From Gemmatimonadaceae bacterium (GTDB taxonomy: Bacteria; Gemmatimonadota; Gemmatimonadetes; Gemmatimonadales; Gemmatimonadaceae), in contig JBGAJQ010000030.1 of assembly GCA_044224875.1 (NCBI GenBank), positions 1 to 59,999 of the forward strand: a stretch of 59,999 nucleotides of DNA, in the 5' to 3' direction. The first letter of the stretch is position 1; each line of letters starts with the position of its first letter. Shown piece by piece: positions 8,926 to 18,777 of this stretch. Under the pieces are notes generated by a model that made no database searches, was not told the DNA's origin, and was given only the letters and a program-made list of their open reading frames with translations. A program made the translations under genes and the position numbers.

Positions 8926-11289
8926 TCAGGCGGCCGCAGCCGCCGTGAGGGAATGGTTGGCCGTGTGGCCAACCGGTGGGTCGGCGACGATCACCACCGC
9001 CGTCGACCGGTCAGGAAATGTCACGGACACCAACGGACCCGCGTCGGCGATGGCCGCCTCCGCGACACTCTTCTTACGCCACCAGGCGTGTCGTTCGCCT
9101 GGCGACTCACGCCAGCGGCCCTCTCCGTGAATTCGAATCCGTGTGGCGTCCATCACCCGCTCGGCAGCCACCGTGATCACGAGCGCGCCATCCGGATCAG
9201 TCGCTTCACCCGCCAGCAGGTCGTCCGCCATGGTGCAGACCAGCCGACTCGGAATCGAGGCACCTAACGCCGATGGGTCGACGTCCACCTCGAGGGTCAC
9301 GTGCGGGCGGATGCCCACCCGATGGGCCTCCACGCAGGCGGTGAGCAGCTGCACTTCCTGCCGGAGCGTGGTCGTCCGGTCGCGCGCCGAATCCAGCGTA
9401 CGGCGGAGCACGTCGGCCAGTCGCGCGATGAGGTGCTCGGCGCGCCAGACGTCCCGGTGGACCAACTGCGCCAGCAACTCCAGCGTCCCCAACAGGAATT
9501 GTGGCCGGAGCTGCACACACAGCGCGCGGAAGCGTGACGAGGCAATCTCGGACGTGAGGCGAGCCGCGGAAAGCTCACGCGCCCGATACCAGACACGGAA
9601 GTCGCGGGCGTTTACCCACGCCAGCAGTCCGAAGTAGATGAACAGGTTGCCGGTGAGCGGATTGATGTTGAACGGCACCAGAATGGGGACGCTGGAGACA
9701 CCAACGATGTTGGTCATCTTCAGGTGACCGAAAGCCAGGACGATGGCCACGGCCAGGTGAAAGGCGATCGGTCCCATCCAGTGCTCGGGGCGTACACGGA
9801 CGCGCCGCGCCAGGAAAAAGATGAGGGGCGAGAGACAGATCCAATATCCGGATCCCGCCAACTGCAACGTCAGCAGCCGCGGGTCGTAGGCCATGCCACT
9901 GAGCGCATACCACGCCCACATCTGCAAGGTCCACACGACGCCGATGGCCAACCAGAGTGTCACCAACGCAGCCCACACAGGCGCCGTCATCCGTGCATTG
10001 GGTGGCTCAACGTCGATTGCCGGCTGCGGCGTGACGGGCGTGGGAGAAAGCTCGCCGGCAGCTCCTGCGGTGGCGTCGATCCCTGCACCAAGCGGCAGCG
10101 TGGTGAAGTTGGTGGTGGAGAACTCGCCCGTCCGCCACTCGGTGGAATCTCCCATTTCCAGGGAATCGTCCACGGCATCGGCGGCGTCGGCCTGCGTGAG
10201 GAGGGCCTGGGGCGCCTCGCGATAGGGCACGTTGATTTCAACAATCGTTCCGCCGCCAGGTGCATCCAGCAGGATCAAGCTCTGGTCGGGGCCGTACAGC
10301 TGCCGGAGGCGGTCTCCCGCGTTCCGCAGGCCGATTCCTGAGGGCTCACCGCTACTGGCCGTCGCCAAGCCAACCCCATTATCCCGGACTTCCAGCTGCA
10401 ACCGGTCACCCTGTCGCCGCGCCACGATCTGCACGTGACCCGGGCCGGAGCGTACCGAGAGCCCGTGGCGAATGGAGTTCTCGACGAGCGGTTGCAGGAT
10501 CAGGTGAGGTACCAGCGCGCGGCGGGCGACGTCGTCGCACTCCACGCCCACGGTCAGCCAGTCACTGAAACGAGTCCGCTGGATGTCCACGTACCACTGG
10601 AGCGAGGTGAGTTCCTCGGCCAACGAGACTTCGTCACGTCCCCCGTGGGCCAGGGAGAGCGCGAGGAGTGAGCGCAGCTTGTGCAGCATGCGCTCAGCCG
10701 CGTGCGGGGCTTCGTGTGCCAGTTCCTGGATGGCGTTCAAGGAATTGAACAGGAAGTGGGGTTGCAGCTGTAACTCCAGATAGTGGAGTTGCGCGCGCGC
10801 CAGTTGCGTGCCCAGCACATGTGCACGCAGCGACCGGTCGAGGAAACGCCGGAATGAGATCACCGCCAGCCCCATCGCCACGATCGCCAGATACGCGAAG
10901 AGATGCACATCCGACCAGAATACGACACGCGACCAGAACGACTCCACCGACGAAAACGGCTGCCCGGCAAACCAGGTGATCAATCGAATACGGAGCGCCG
11001 TCATGCCGACATTGACCAGCGCCGCCGCCACCGCATGCGACGCTATCGAGGCCAACCAGCCGACGCGCGCAGGAATAACCGCGCGCGTGAGGCGATAGAT
11101 GAGCGGCGTGAGCAATGCCCAACCCCACGCCATGATGAACGCGACTGGGAGCAGGATCTTCCATGACATCCAGCCGTCTTTTTCCGTCGCCATCCACGTG
11201 AGCCCGTGCACGGCACCAAATGCCGTCCAGGCGAGCAGGACGGCGGCGGTTGCGCGGAGCAGTCGGGACGAGCGTGCGACGTCGGTCAA
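8926..11289 (-). CDS. LytS-type histidine kinase with a duplicated, degenerate second TM+kinase module
   Basis: Module 1: QLQPHFLFNSLN, LQPLVENSIRHG, DNGVG, GIGLRN. Module 2: QLRPQFLLGTL. Confidence 0.9.
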   Translation of the reverse strand: MTDVARSSRLLRATAAVLLAWTAFGAVHGLTWMATEKDGWMSWKILLPVAFIMAWGWALLTPLIYRLTRAVIPARVGWLASIASHAVAAALVNVGMTALRIRLITWFAGQPFSSVESFWSRVVFWSDVHLFAYLAIVAMGLAVISFRRFLDRSLRAHVLGTQLARAQLHYLELQLQPHFLFNSLNAIQELAHEAPHAAERMLHKLRSLLALSLAHGGRDEVSLAEELTSLQWYVDIQRTRFSDWLTVGVECDDVARRALVPHLILQPLVENSIRHGLSVRSGPGHVQIVARRQGDRLQLEVRDNGVGLATASSGEPSGIGLRNAGDRLRQLYGPDQSLILLDAPGGGTIVEINVPYREAPQALLTQADAADAVDDSLEMGDSTEWRTGEFSTTNFTTLPLGAGIDATAGAAGELSPTPVTPQPAIDVEPPNARMTAPVWAALVTLWLAIGVVWTLQMWAWYALSGMAYDPRLLTLQLAGSGYWICLSPLIFFLARRVRVRPEHWMGPIAFHLAVAIVLAFGHLKMTNIVGVSSVPILVPFNINPLTGNLFIYFGLLAWVNARDFRVWYRARELSAARLTSEIASSRFRALCVQLRPQFLLGTLELLAQLVHRDVWRAEHLIARLADVLRRTLDSARDRTTTLRQEVQLLTACVEAHRVGIRPHVTLEVDVDPSALGASIPSRLVCTMADDLLAGEATDPDGALVITVAAERVMDATRIRIHGEGRWRESPGERHAWWRKKSVAEAAIADAGPLVSVTFPDRSTAVVIVADPPVGHTANHSLTAAAAA

Positions 11290-11795
11290 CGCGAGTGGAA
11301 GGAAGCGGAGTTGTGAATCAACCCGACGGACTTGACGACGCCAACCGACGGGTGACGGAGCGTGGCAGGAACCTTACGAAGCGAACGGTTCGTCACGTTT
11401 CAGGCATTGGACACCGCTCATGCAAGGCGCGTCGCGCGCCTCGAGGACCCGAGGCGGCTTGTAGGGAAATCGGCGACGAAGCGGCCCCGATCTTGGCTTG
11501 CCTTGGCCCGCTCCAAACGCCGCTTCCCATCTTGCGCGCCCGCTGGTGTTCCATTTGCGCAACATGCGACGTGTCGACGTTCCCGCAGCCGCTCTCCTCG
11601 CTCGCCCGACGGGCCGCTATCCCCAGCTAGAACGGCCGAAACGCGTTGGCCCGTGTGGCGCGGAATTTGATTCACCGGCAATGGAGTAGCGCCCCACGCG
11701 CATCGGGAATTGTCCCACACTTCGTAGCGATCGCTTGCGTGCACAGCCGAGAAGGTCACGGCTGGAGTGGCCAGCGGTCGAGCAGGACGCAGTCG

Positions 11796-14192
11796 ATGGA
11801 ACTTGCAGCGCGGAAAACGGCACTTGGTCACGCAGGTCTGATCGGTGCCTTCCGGTCGGATGTTGGCCGTCAGCGGTTCAGGCGGGTCCTTACCGCGCTC
11901 GCCTCCCTTTTGGGATGTTCGACAGCGATTCTGGCGCAGGCAGCCGGCGAAGGGCAGATCGTGGGGCGTGTGGTCGACGTGGCCACCCGGCGCGGCATCG
12001 TGGCCGAGATATCGCTTTCTCCTGGCCAGCGCGTCGCTGAGTCCGACAGTGCCGGTAGTTTTCGCTTTGATCGGGTGGCTCCTGGAGCGTACGTCGTGCG
12101 CGCGCGTTCGCTTGGCTTTGCGTCAGCGAGTGTTGCGGTCACGGTCCAAGTCGGGGGAACACAGACGGTCGAAATTGCGCTTCCTGCGGCGACCGTCTCG
12201 CTCGCTCCCATGCGAACGGTCTCCCGGAGCGACGACCGTGAGCGATTCGAGGACTTCTCCGCGCCTGGTGTCGTCTCCATCCGGACCTCTGAGCTGTCGC
12301 GACTGCCGGTTGTCGGAGATCGTGACATCGTGCGCGCGGCGGCGCTGCTACCCGGCATCTCGGCGCGCAATGACTTCTCCGCCGGCTTCAACGTGCGAGG
12401 GGGTGAGGCCGACCAGAACCTGGTGCTGCTGGATGGGATCCCGATCTACAATCCGTTTCACCTGGGCGGATTGTTTGGCACCTTCATCGACGCGGCGGTG
12501 CGCCAGGTGGACGTACTCACTGGAGCGTTCCCCGCGCAGTACGGCGGACGGCTGTCGAGCGTACTGGACGTGAAGAGCGCAGAAGATGCGCGCCCCGGCG
12601 TGCACTTCACCACGGACGTGTCATTCCTCTCGTCGTCGACTCGCGCCAGTGGGGCGCTGGCCGGCGGGAGATTTTCCTGGAACATCGCCGGTCGGCGTAC
12701 CTATGCAGACCAACTCGTTCGCGCAGTCGTCGGCTCGAACGACTTTCCCTACCACTTCCAGGACGGCGAGCTTCACACGCGGGCGCTCTTGCCCCACGAC
12801 GGCTCGCTGGCGTTGACGGCGTACCTCGGGCGCGACGATCTCGCCACGTCACAGGGACGCCAGAGCGCATTAGTGCCCGGTAGTGGCGGGAGCGCGATCG
12901 ACTTTGACTGGGGCAACCGCGCCGTCGGCTTGCAGCTGACGCAGCCACTCGGGCGGCGCCTGACGATTGAACAACGCGCCGCGGTTTCGGGGGTTGCCAC
13001 CCATTTTGCGGTTCCCGCTGAGTCGCTCGCGCTGTCGCAGCAACTGCGCGAGGGACGCCTGGCCGGTCGTGTGCAACTGGCGGCCGGCCCGCATGCCCTC
13101 TCGACTGGATACGAAGTCTCCCGTTACCGTACCATGTACCGCGAGCGCCTGCGGGTGGACGACGGAAGCGTGTTGGCACATGACGCGTCGGCGGCCGATA
13201 CGACCACACCGCAGGAGATGCACTCAGGCGCGATCTTCGTCGAGGATGTCTGGCGCGTCACCCCGCGATTGCAGCTGCGAAGCGGCGTTCGCAGCGAGCG
13301 CGTACCGGCCGCGTCGTGGGCGGGGCTTTCTCCTCGCATCTCCGCGCGCTGGTTCCTGAGTCAGGACGTCGCCATCACCATGGCCGCGGGTCGCGTGCAC
13401 CAGTGGATGCGCGCCATTCGGAACGAAGACCTTCCCATTCGCGTGTTTGACCTGTGGGTGGCCTCGGACTCGGTGGTGCCAGTGTCCTCGTCCGACCACT
13501 TCATGGTGGGGATGGAGCGTTGGCTCGGCCCGTCGCGCTTTGTGCGACTGGAAGCCTACGGCAAGCGGTATGACCAGTTGCTGGAGCAGGCGTCCACGAT
13601 CGACCCTCGCATCCGGCCGTCGCTATTGCGCCAATTTGGGGGAAGCTCGTACGGCGTGGACCTGTATGCCCGGCAGCTCGAACAGCACGGCTTCGGCGGT
13701 TGGTTCTCCTACAGCTATGGCGTGAGCCGCCGCGAGTTCGAGGGCGCGTCATACTTCCCAGCTCACGACCGGCGACACAATGCCAACCTCGCCATGAGCT
13801 GGACCCCAGGTGGGTCGTACACCTTTGGCGCGCACATCGCCGTGGCCAGCGGTACGCCCTACACCGGCTGGGCCGGTTACATGCAGCGTTGGCACTACGA
13901 TCCGGTGACGGGCCAATGGACACCCACCGCCAGCGGCAACGTGGAGGACAACGTCGTACGTGGCACACGCAACGGTGACCGTCTGCCGCTGTACTCACGC
14001 GTGGACCTGAGCGCGGAACGCGCCTTCACGGTCGGACGCGCCACCATCCGGCCGCAGGTGAGCGTGGTGAACCTGTTCAACCACCAGAACGTGTTGCTCT
14101 ACTCACTGGACGCGGCGCAGAGCCCCCCCGTCGTGCGCCGGTTCGTCCAATTCCCTCTCCTGCCGTCGCTCGGCGTCCGGGCCGAATTCTGA
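11796..14192 (+). CDS. TonB-dependent receptor with N-terminal carboxypeptidase-regulatory-like domain
   Basis: Plug motifs FNVRGGEADQNLVLLDGIPIYNPFH and FPAQYGGRLSSVLDV; C-terminal Phe (GVRAEF). Start uncertain. Confidence 0.92.
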   Translation: MELAARKTALGHAGLIGAFRSDVGRQRFRRVLTALASLLGCSTAILAQAAGEGQIVGRVVDVATRRGIVAEISLSPGQRVAESDSAGSFRFDRVAPGAYVVRARSLGFASASVAVTVQVGGTQTVEIALPAATVSLAPMRTVSRSDDRERFEDFSAPGVVSIRTSELSRLPVVGDRDIVRAAALLPGISARNDFSAGFNVRGGEADQNLVLLDGIPIYNPFHLGGLFGTFIDAAVRQVDVLTGAFPAQYGGRLSSVLDVKSAEDARPGVHFTTDVSFLSSSTRASGALAGGRFSWNIAGRRTYADQLVRAVVGSNDFPYHFQDGELHTRALLPHDGSLALTAYLGRDDLATSQGRQSALVPGSGGSAIDFDWGNRAVGLQLTQPLGRRLTIEQRAAVSGVATHFAVPAESLALSQQLREGRLAGRVQLAAGPHALSTGYEVSRYRTMYRERLRVDDGSVLAHDASAADTTTPQEMHSGAIFVEDVWRVTPRLQLRSGVRSERVPAASWAGLSPRISARWFLSQDVAITMAAGRVHQWMRAIRNEDLPIRVFDLWVASDSVVPVSSSDHFMVGMERWLGPSRFVRLEAYGKRYDQLLEQASTIDPRIRPSLLRQFGGSSYGVDLYARQLEQHGFGGWFSYSYGVSRREFEGASYFPAHDRRHNANLAMSWTPGGSYTFGAHIAVASGTPYTGWAGYMQRWHYDPVTGQWTPTASGNVEDNVVRGTRNGDRLPLYSRVDLSAERAFTVGRATIRPQVSVVNLFNHQNVLLYSLDAAQSPPVVRRFVQFPLLPSLGVRAEF

Positions 14193-15400
14193 TGCGAACG
14201 ACCTCTTGGAAGGCGGCATTCGCCCTTCTGGTCGCGTTCGGGTGCGAGCAGGGTGCGCCGACCGCTCCGCGACTGGAGGAGCGCGTAGTCGTGCACGCCG
14301 TGCTCGACCCACAGCTGGCCGAGCAAGTGGTGCTGTTGGAGCGCACCCAACAGGGGGCATCGCCGAGTGGGACCGCCGCCAAGAACGCGATGGACCCCAT
14401 CGTCAGCAGCGGCGGCACGCCAATCTCCGGAGCGCGCGTCGTGCTGTATGGCTCGGGAACGGACTCCGTCGTGGCGGTGGAAGATCGGAGCCGTCGCACG
14501 GATGGCACGGGTGGCGGCGTGTATCGAGTTCCCAGCCGCATGGCCGCGACCACCGATAGCGCGTCATCTCCGGGGATCCTGCGTCTGTCGCCCGGGGTGA
14601 CGTACCGCTTGCGTGCGGAGACCGCGGTAGGCACGGTGACGGGAACCACGCGGATGCCGCGCTTTCCCACGCAGCTCAATCGCGCGGTTCGGGTGTTCAA
14701 CCTGGACACCGATTCGCTCTGGCGGCCGCGCATGAAGGGGGCCGGAAGTACGCCCGCCGGCTACCTGTTGCGGCACCTGATGAGTGGCGGCGTCAATCGC
14801 GAGCGGTTGGCGGCCGATAGCACCGCGGTGCTCGTGGCGCCGGCGCCGCTGGCCGACGATCGCTCGTGGTCGTTTGCTTTCACACGCGCGTACATCCGAC
14901 CCGGATCCATCCAGCGTTTCGTGGCGGTGGCTGTGGACAGCAACTATCTCGAGTATTCGATGAGCGGCTACGACCCCTTTGGCCACGACGCCAAGGGCAA
15001 TCGCCTGGACGGCGGGGTTGGGTTGTTCGGTGCCGTTGCGACGGTCGTCGACGCCAGTCTGGATCTCATCGCCAATCGTGATCACCCGATCGAAGGAGAT
15101 TGGAACGCGCTGGTGTCGAGTTCGACCCTGCCATTGTCCCTTCGGTTATACGAGTCGGCTCGCTTTCCGGGGCCGGCGGGTGCGACTGGGGTACGGTTCT
15201 GGGGCTCGGCGCGGATGGCTGGTGGCGAGTTGTATCTGGCGGAGGCCCACCTGAGCGGGAGCGCGTTGCAGCTCACGCTCACCCTGCCCGGGAGTGCCAA
15301 GTCGACCGGTATCGCCGGAACGTTTGATGGCAGCTCGCTCACGCTGAACGTGCCGGGCACCGGACTCCGTGTCCGGTATCAATTGTCGGCTGCGCGCTGA
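14192..15400 (+). CDS. Lipoprotein coupled to the TonB receptor (DUF4249-like)
   Basis: Lipobox LVAFGC; VVVHAVLDP and NRLDGGVGLFGA motifs; TGATG overlap with the receptor stop. Confidence 0.75.
   Translation: MRTTSWKAAFALLVAFGCEQGAPTAPRLEERVVVHAVLDPQLAEQVVLLERTQQGASPSGTAAKNAMDPIVSSGGTPISGARVVLYGSGTDSVVAVEDRSRRTDGTGGGVYRVPSRMAATTDSASSPGILRLSPGVTYRLRAETAVGTVTGTTRMPRFPTQLNRAVRVFNLDTDSLWRPRMKGAGSTPAGYLLRHLMSGGVNRERLAADSTAVLVAPAPLADDRSWSFAFTRAYIRPGSIQRFVAVAVDSNYLEYSMSGYDPFGHDAKGNRLDGGVGLFGAVATVVDASLDLIANRDHPIEGDWNALVSSSTLPLSLRLYESARFPGPAGATGVRFWGSARMAGGELYLAEAHLSGSALQLTLTLPGSAKSTGIAGTFDGSSLTLNVPGTGLRVRYQLSAAR
15170..15309 (+). repeat. 140-bp perfect direct repeat, copy 1 (copy 2 at 22584-22723)
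   Basis: GGGCCGGCGGGTGCGACTGG...GCCAAGTCGACCGG is identical at an offset of 7414 bp. Confidence 0.92.
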
Positions 15401-15412
15401 TCGAACGCGCGG

Positions 15413-16609
15413 CTACAGTCCCCTCGCCGCGACGCCAACCAGGCCCGCCGCCAGGATCACCAGCGGCTCCGGCACCTTCCTGACACGAAGCAGCAGGACC
15501 AGCGTGACGCCAGCGATGAGCAGGGTGGCCGCATCGATGATCGCGCGCCGCCCGAGCACGTAGGCGGCGCCGGCAATCGCCCCGGTGGCCGCTGCGGTGA
15601 CACCGTCCACGAAAGCACGCACCCGCACGTTGGCCTTGAGGCGTTCGAAGTGTGGGGCCAGCAGGATCGTGATGAAATAGACCGGCGCAAAAACTCCGGC
15701 AGCCGCAGCTGTCGCCCCTGCCGCTCCCGCCACAAGGTACCCGATGAAGGCGACCGTGATCACCACCGGACCCGGCGTGATCAACGCCACCGCCACGGCA
15801 TCGAGGAACTGACGCTCCGTGAGCCACTGATGCTGCTGCACGACGCCGCCGTGCAGGAACGGTACGATCGCCAGCCCACTGCCAAACACGAACAGTCCGG
15901 CGCTGACAAAGTACAGGAAGATGGATCCCAGCAGTGCAATCCCCGTGAACGCGACAGGAGCCGCCAACGTCGCCGAGGAAGCATCTAGCCGGCCCCACGG
16001 TCCAGTGAGGGCCACCAGGGCCGGTGCCGCGGACATGGACGTCCCACGAACGATCGCCATGGCCACACCGCTCAAGAGGAACAGCCACACCATCTCCGAT
16101 TCCGTCCAGGCAGTGGCGAGCGCACTCAGGGCGAAGATCACCCACATCGCGCGGTCGCGAGCAAGCGTGGCTCGCACCAGCTTCACCGCACTGCGCGCGA
16201 TGATCGCGATGACGGCCGCGCCAATCCCGTAGAACGCCCCCTGCAACCAGGACATCCCGCCGTAGCGCAGGTACACCGCCGCCAGCACCAACACCATCAG
16301 GAATGAGGGGGCAATGAACGCCACAGCGACCAGCGTGGCACCCCGGATTCCCGAGCAGAGCCAGCCCAGGTAGATCGCGAGTTGGGCAGCGAGCGGCCCC
16401 GGCGCCAGCTGCGCGAAGGCAATCCCGTCCTTGAGTTCCTGCCGCGTCACCCAACGACGCCGATCCACGAACTCGGTCTCCATATAGCCGACCAGTGCGA
16501 TCGGTCCCCCGAACCCCGTGGTGCCAAGGGTCAGGAAGTACCGCAGCAGCTCCATCGATGACGGGCGTGACACCTCGTCAGTCGCAACGACCCGGTCGGT
16601 CTCAGGCAT
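15413..16609 (-). CDS. chrA: Chromate efflux transporter (long-chain CHR family)
   Basis: LGTTGFGGP, AQLAPGPLA, FVFGSG and ALITPGPV CHR motifs in two halves. Confidence 0.95.
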   Translation of the reverse strand: MPETDRVVATDEVSRPSSMELLRYFLTLGTTGFGGPIALVGYMETEFVDRRRWVTRQELKDGIAFAQLAPGPLAAQLAIYLGWLCSGIRGATLVAVAFIAPSFLMVLVLAAVYLRYGGMSWLQGAFYGIGAAVIAIIARSAVKLVRATLARDRAMWVIFALSALATAWTESEMVWLFLLSGVAMAIVRGTSMSAAPALVALTGPWGRLDASSATLAAPVAFTGIALLGSIFLYFVSAGLFVFGSGLAIVPFLHGGVVQQHQWLTERQFLDAVAVALITPGPVVITVAFIGYLVAGAAGATAAAAGVFAPVYFITILLAPHFERLKANVRVRAFVDGVTAAATGAIAGAAYVLGRRAIIDAATLLIAGVTLVLLLRVRKVPEPLVILAAGLVGVAARGL

Positions 16610-17672
16610 CGGTCGTGCGACTCCGTCCAGTTCGTGTGGTCTTGCGCGCCGGCCGTGCGGGCGTGCCGCCCTTCGCGGTCGCAAATGAACGGCGCAACTC
16701 ATCGAAGAGCTGGCATCCGCGCTCCAACCGCGCCTGATCGTCCGGACTGGCCGCCACGAGTGCAGCCAGCACTCGTTCGATGCCCGCTGAGTCCTCGCGA
16801 GCGAACTTGCCATCCTTCAGGTCGATGTCATGCACCACCTGCGCGATCGCCTCGAGGCCGTCGTCCCGCAACCTGAATCGCTCGACCAGTGTCTCGAAGG
16901 TGCAACGATCACCGACGTGCGTGAACTCGCCCTCGAACATGTCGAAACGGACGTCACCTTTGGCTGGCGTGAATCCGTCCTCGGCGACGAACTTGAATCG
17001 TGCCTTCGGGTCGATGTACCGTCGAATGAGCCACGCACTGGCGATCCGGTCAACGAAGATGTCACGCCGTGTGACCCAGGTGCGGCCACGAAACTCGTTG
17101 GCCTTGATCGTCACCGCAGCGGGTACCGTCGCCTTCACCGCGTCCCTGGCGTTCAACAGGACTTCGACACGGGTCAGCGCCTCGTTCGCTGGCGCCTGCT
17201 CCGGCGCATCGAAGAAGTCCAGTGCGCGAATGACGCTCAGGCGCTGCCGCAGGCGCGCTAACTCGTCGTCTGGGCTCAGGCGCGGCGGACCACGCCCTGC
17301 GCCCTTCCCCGACGCGCGGAGTGACACCTCCAGCTCGCGCGCGGCAACGGCAACCTCGCGGTACTCCGTCCCACGCGCTGCCTGAAAGGCGCGTTGCAGC
17401 TGGGTATCCGTCAAGCCGTCGACGAACCCGGCCTCGCAGATGGATGCGTCACCGCCGGCATCCGTGATCTCGCGCCGAATCCACTGAAAGTCCTCCTGTG
17501 ACCGCGGGCCGGCCGGCAGGACGTAAACGGAGTTCTTCACCGCGATCGCGCCGACACGTTGCAGCCGCCGTCCGATCTTGACGCGCAGGTAGTCGGGTTT
17601 CGGCGGGACCTGGTGAATCAGGAGCAGCCACGGCCGAGCTGCTGTCCTCGTGCGGGAGCGGCGCGCCGTCAT
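16602..17672 (-). CDS. chrB: Chromate resistance regulator ChrB
   Basis: WLLLIHQVPPKPDYLRVKIGRRL (ChrB_N); WVTR..IFVDRIASAWLIRRYID and FTHVGDRCTFE (ChrB_C). Confidence 0.93.
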   Translation of the reverse strand: MTARRSRTRTAARPWLLLIHQVPPKPDYLRVKIGRRLQRVGAIAVKNSVYVLPAGPRSQEDFQWIRREITDAGGDASICEAGFVDGLTDTQLQRAFQAARGTEYREVAVAARELEVSLRASGKGAGRGPPRLSPDDELARLRQRLSVIRALDFFDAPEQAPANEALTRVEVLLNARDAVKATVPAAVTIKANEFRGRTWVTRRDIFVDRIASAWLIRRYIDPKARFKFVAEDGFTPAKGDVRFDMFEGEFTHVGDRCTFETLVERFRLRDDGLEAIAQVVHDIDLKDGKFAREDSAGIERVLAALVAASPDDQARLERGCQLFDELRRSFATAKGGTPARPARKTTRTGRSRTTDA

Positions 17673-18712
17673 GGAGAAACGCTCCGGTCGTCGGCGTCGT
17701 GCAACACAATCGTCATCCCGGTCCCGCTGGCGCGCGCGGTCGCGTATACCCGCAACGCAGCCGCCACATCCTCGAGCGCGGTCCCTGTGCTATCGAAGAT
17801 TGTGATCTCATCGTGGGACGCCCGGCCAACCTTCTGACCGACGACCACCTCGGCCAGTTCAGCCCGCACATCGCTGCGCTGCATGTGCTGGCCCGCCAGC
17901 GCGTGGTGCAGGTCACCGATCGTGGCACATTGTTCCAGGACATCGACCACCACCGCGCTGGCGGCGAGGAGCGCTGGTTCGATCTCCTGTTTGTGGGGAT
18001 GATCGGCGCCAACCGCCGCCACGAAGGCACCGGCTCGCACGACATCCTGGCCGAGAAACCATTGGTGCGACGGTGTACACGTCACCCAGAGATCCGTGTC
18101 ATCCGCCGCGGCGCCTAACGTCTGAGTCGGCGTCACCGACACCCCCAGTGCAGAGGTCATGGACCTCGCAAACTGTGTCGCTCGATCGTGGTCCGTGTCG
18201 AACGCCATGACTCGCTGCAGCGGACGCACGGTGGCGAGCGCCTGCAGCTGGCTCGCGGCTTGCGCACCGCATCCGCAGATGGTTACGACCGAGGCCCCGG
18301 GGTTCGCCAGGTATTTCGCTGCCACCGCCGTTGCAGCCGCCGTCCGAAGACGCGTGATCTCGGCCGAGTCCATGATCGCCAGCACGCGGCCGTCTGCAGC
18401 GTCGAACAGGGCGAGTACTCCCTGGATGGTGGGCAGTCCGTACCGCGCCGGGTTGCCGGGGAAGTTCGCGTTGAGCTTGGCGGCGAACACGGGGCGGCCA
18501 TCGTCGGTGAACAGACCGGCGGTCTTCAGGTGAAATCCCCCGCCCTCGACGTGCACACCGAGGACGGCTGCCGGAATGACGCGTCCGTTCGCCTGGGCAA
18601 TGAAGGCCTGTTCGACGGCGTCGATGCAGTCGCGCAGGTCGAGCACGTCACGAACCCCCTGGCCTGTCAGAACCAGCGTCTCGGAGCCGGCGTGCATCAC
18701 TGGCAACGTCAT
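17669..18712 (-). CDS. Ornithine cyclodeaminase / mu-crystallin family protein
   Basis: ITRLRTAAATAVA, ICGCGAQA, AVGAD...KQE, IFDSTGTALEDVAAA. Confidence 0.92.
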   Translation of the reverse strand: MTLPVMHAGSETLVLTGQGVRDVLDLRDCIDAVEQAFIAQANGRVIPAAVLGVHVEGGGFHLKTAGLFTDDGRPVFAAKLNANFPGNPARYGLPTIQGVLALFDAADGRVLAIMDSAEITRLRTAAATAVAAKYLANPGASVVTICGCGAQAASQLQALATVRPLQRVMAFDTDHDRATQFARSMTSALGVSVTPTQTLGAAADDTDLWVTCTPSHQWFLGQDVVRAGAFVAAVGADHPHKQEIEPALLAASAVVVDVLEQCATIGDLHHALAGQHMQRSDVRAELAEVVVGQKVGRASHDEITIFDSTGTALEDVAAALRVYATARASGTGMTIVLHDADDRSVSP

Positions 18713-18777
18713 GGGCTGGACGATAATATCACAACTGAATCATTGCTAGTCTCACATACGAATCAGGAGTCTTTGGC

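Noticed and set aside
11455..11560. Cobalamin riboswitch upstream of the TonB receptor (AGGGAA...GCGGCCCCG)
   Set aside because: The other conserved elements (T-loop hairpin, GCCACTG/GGGAAG, B12 box) are not present.
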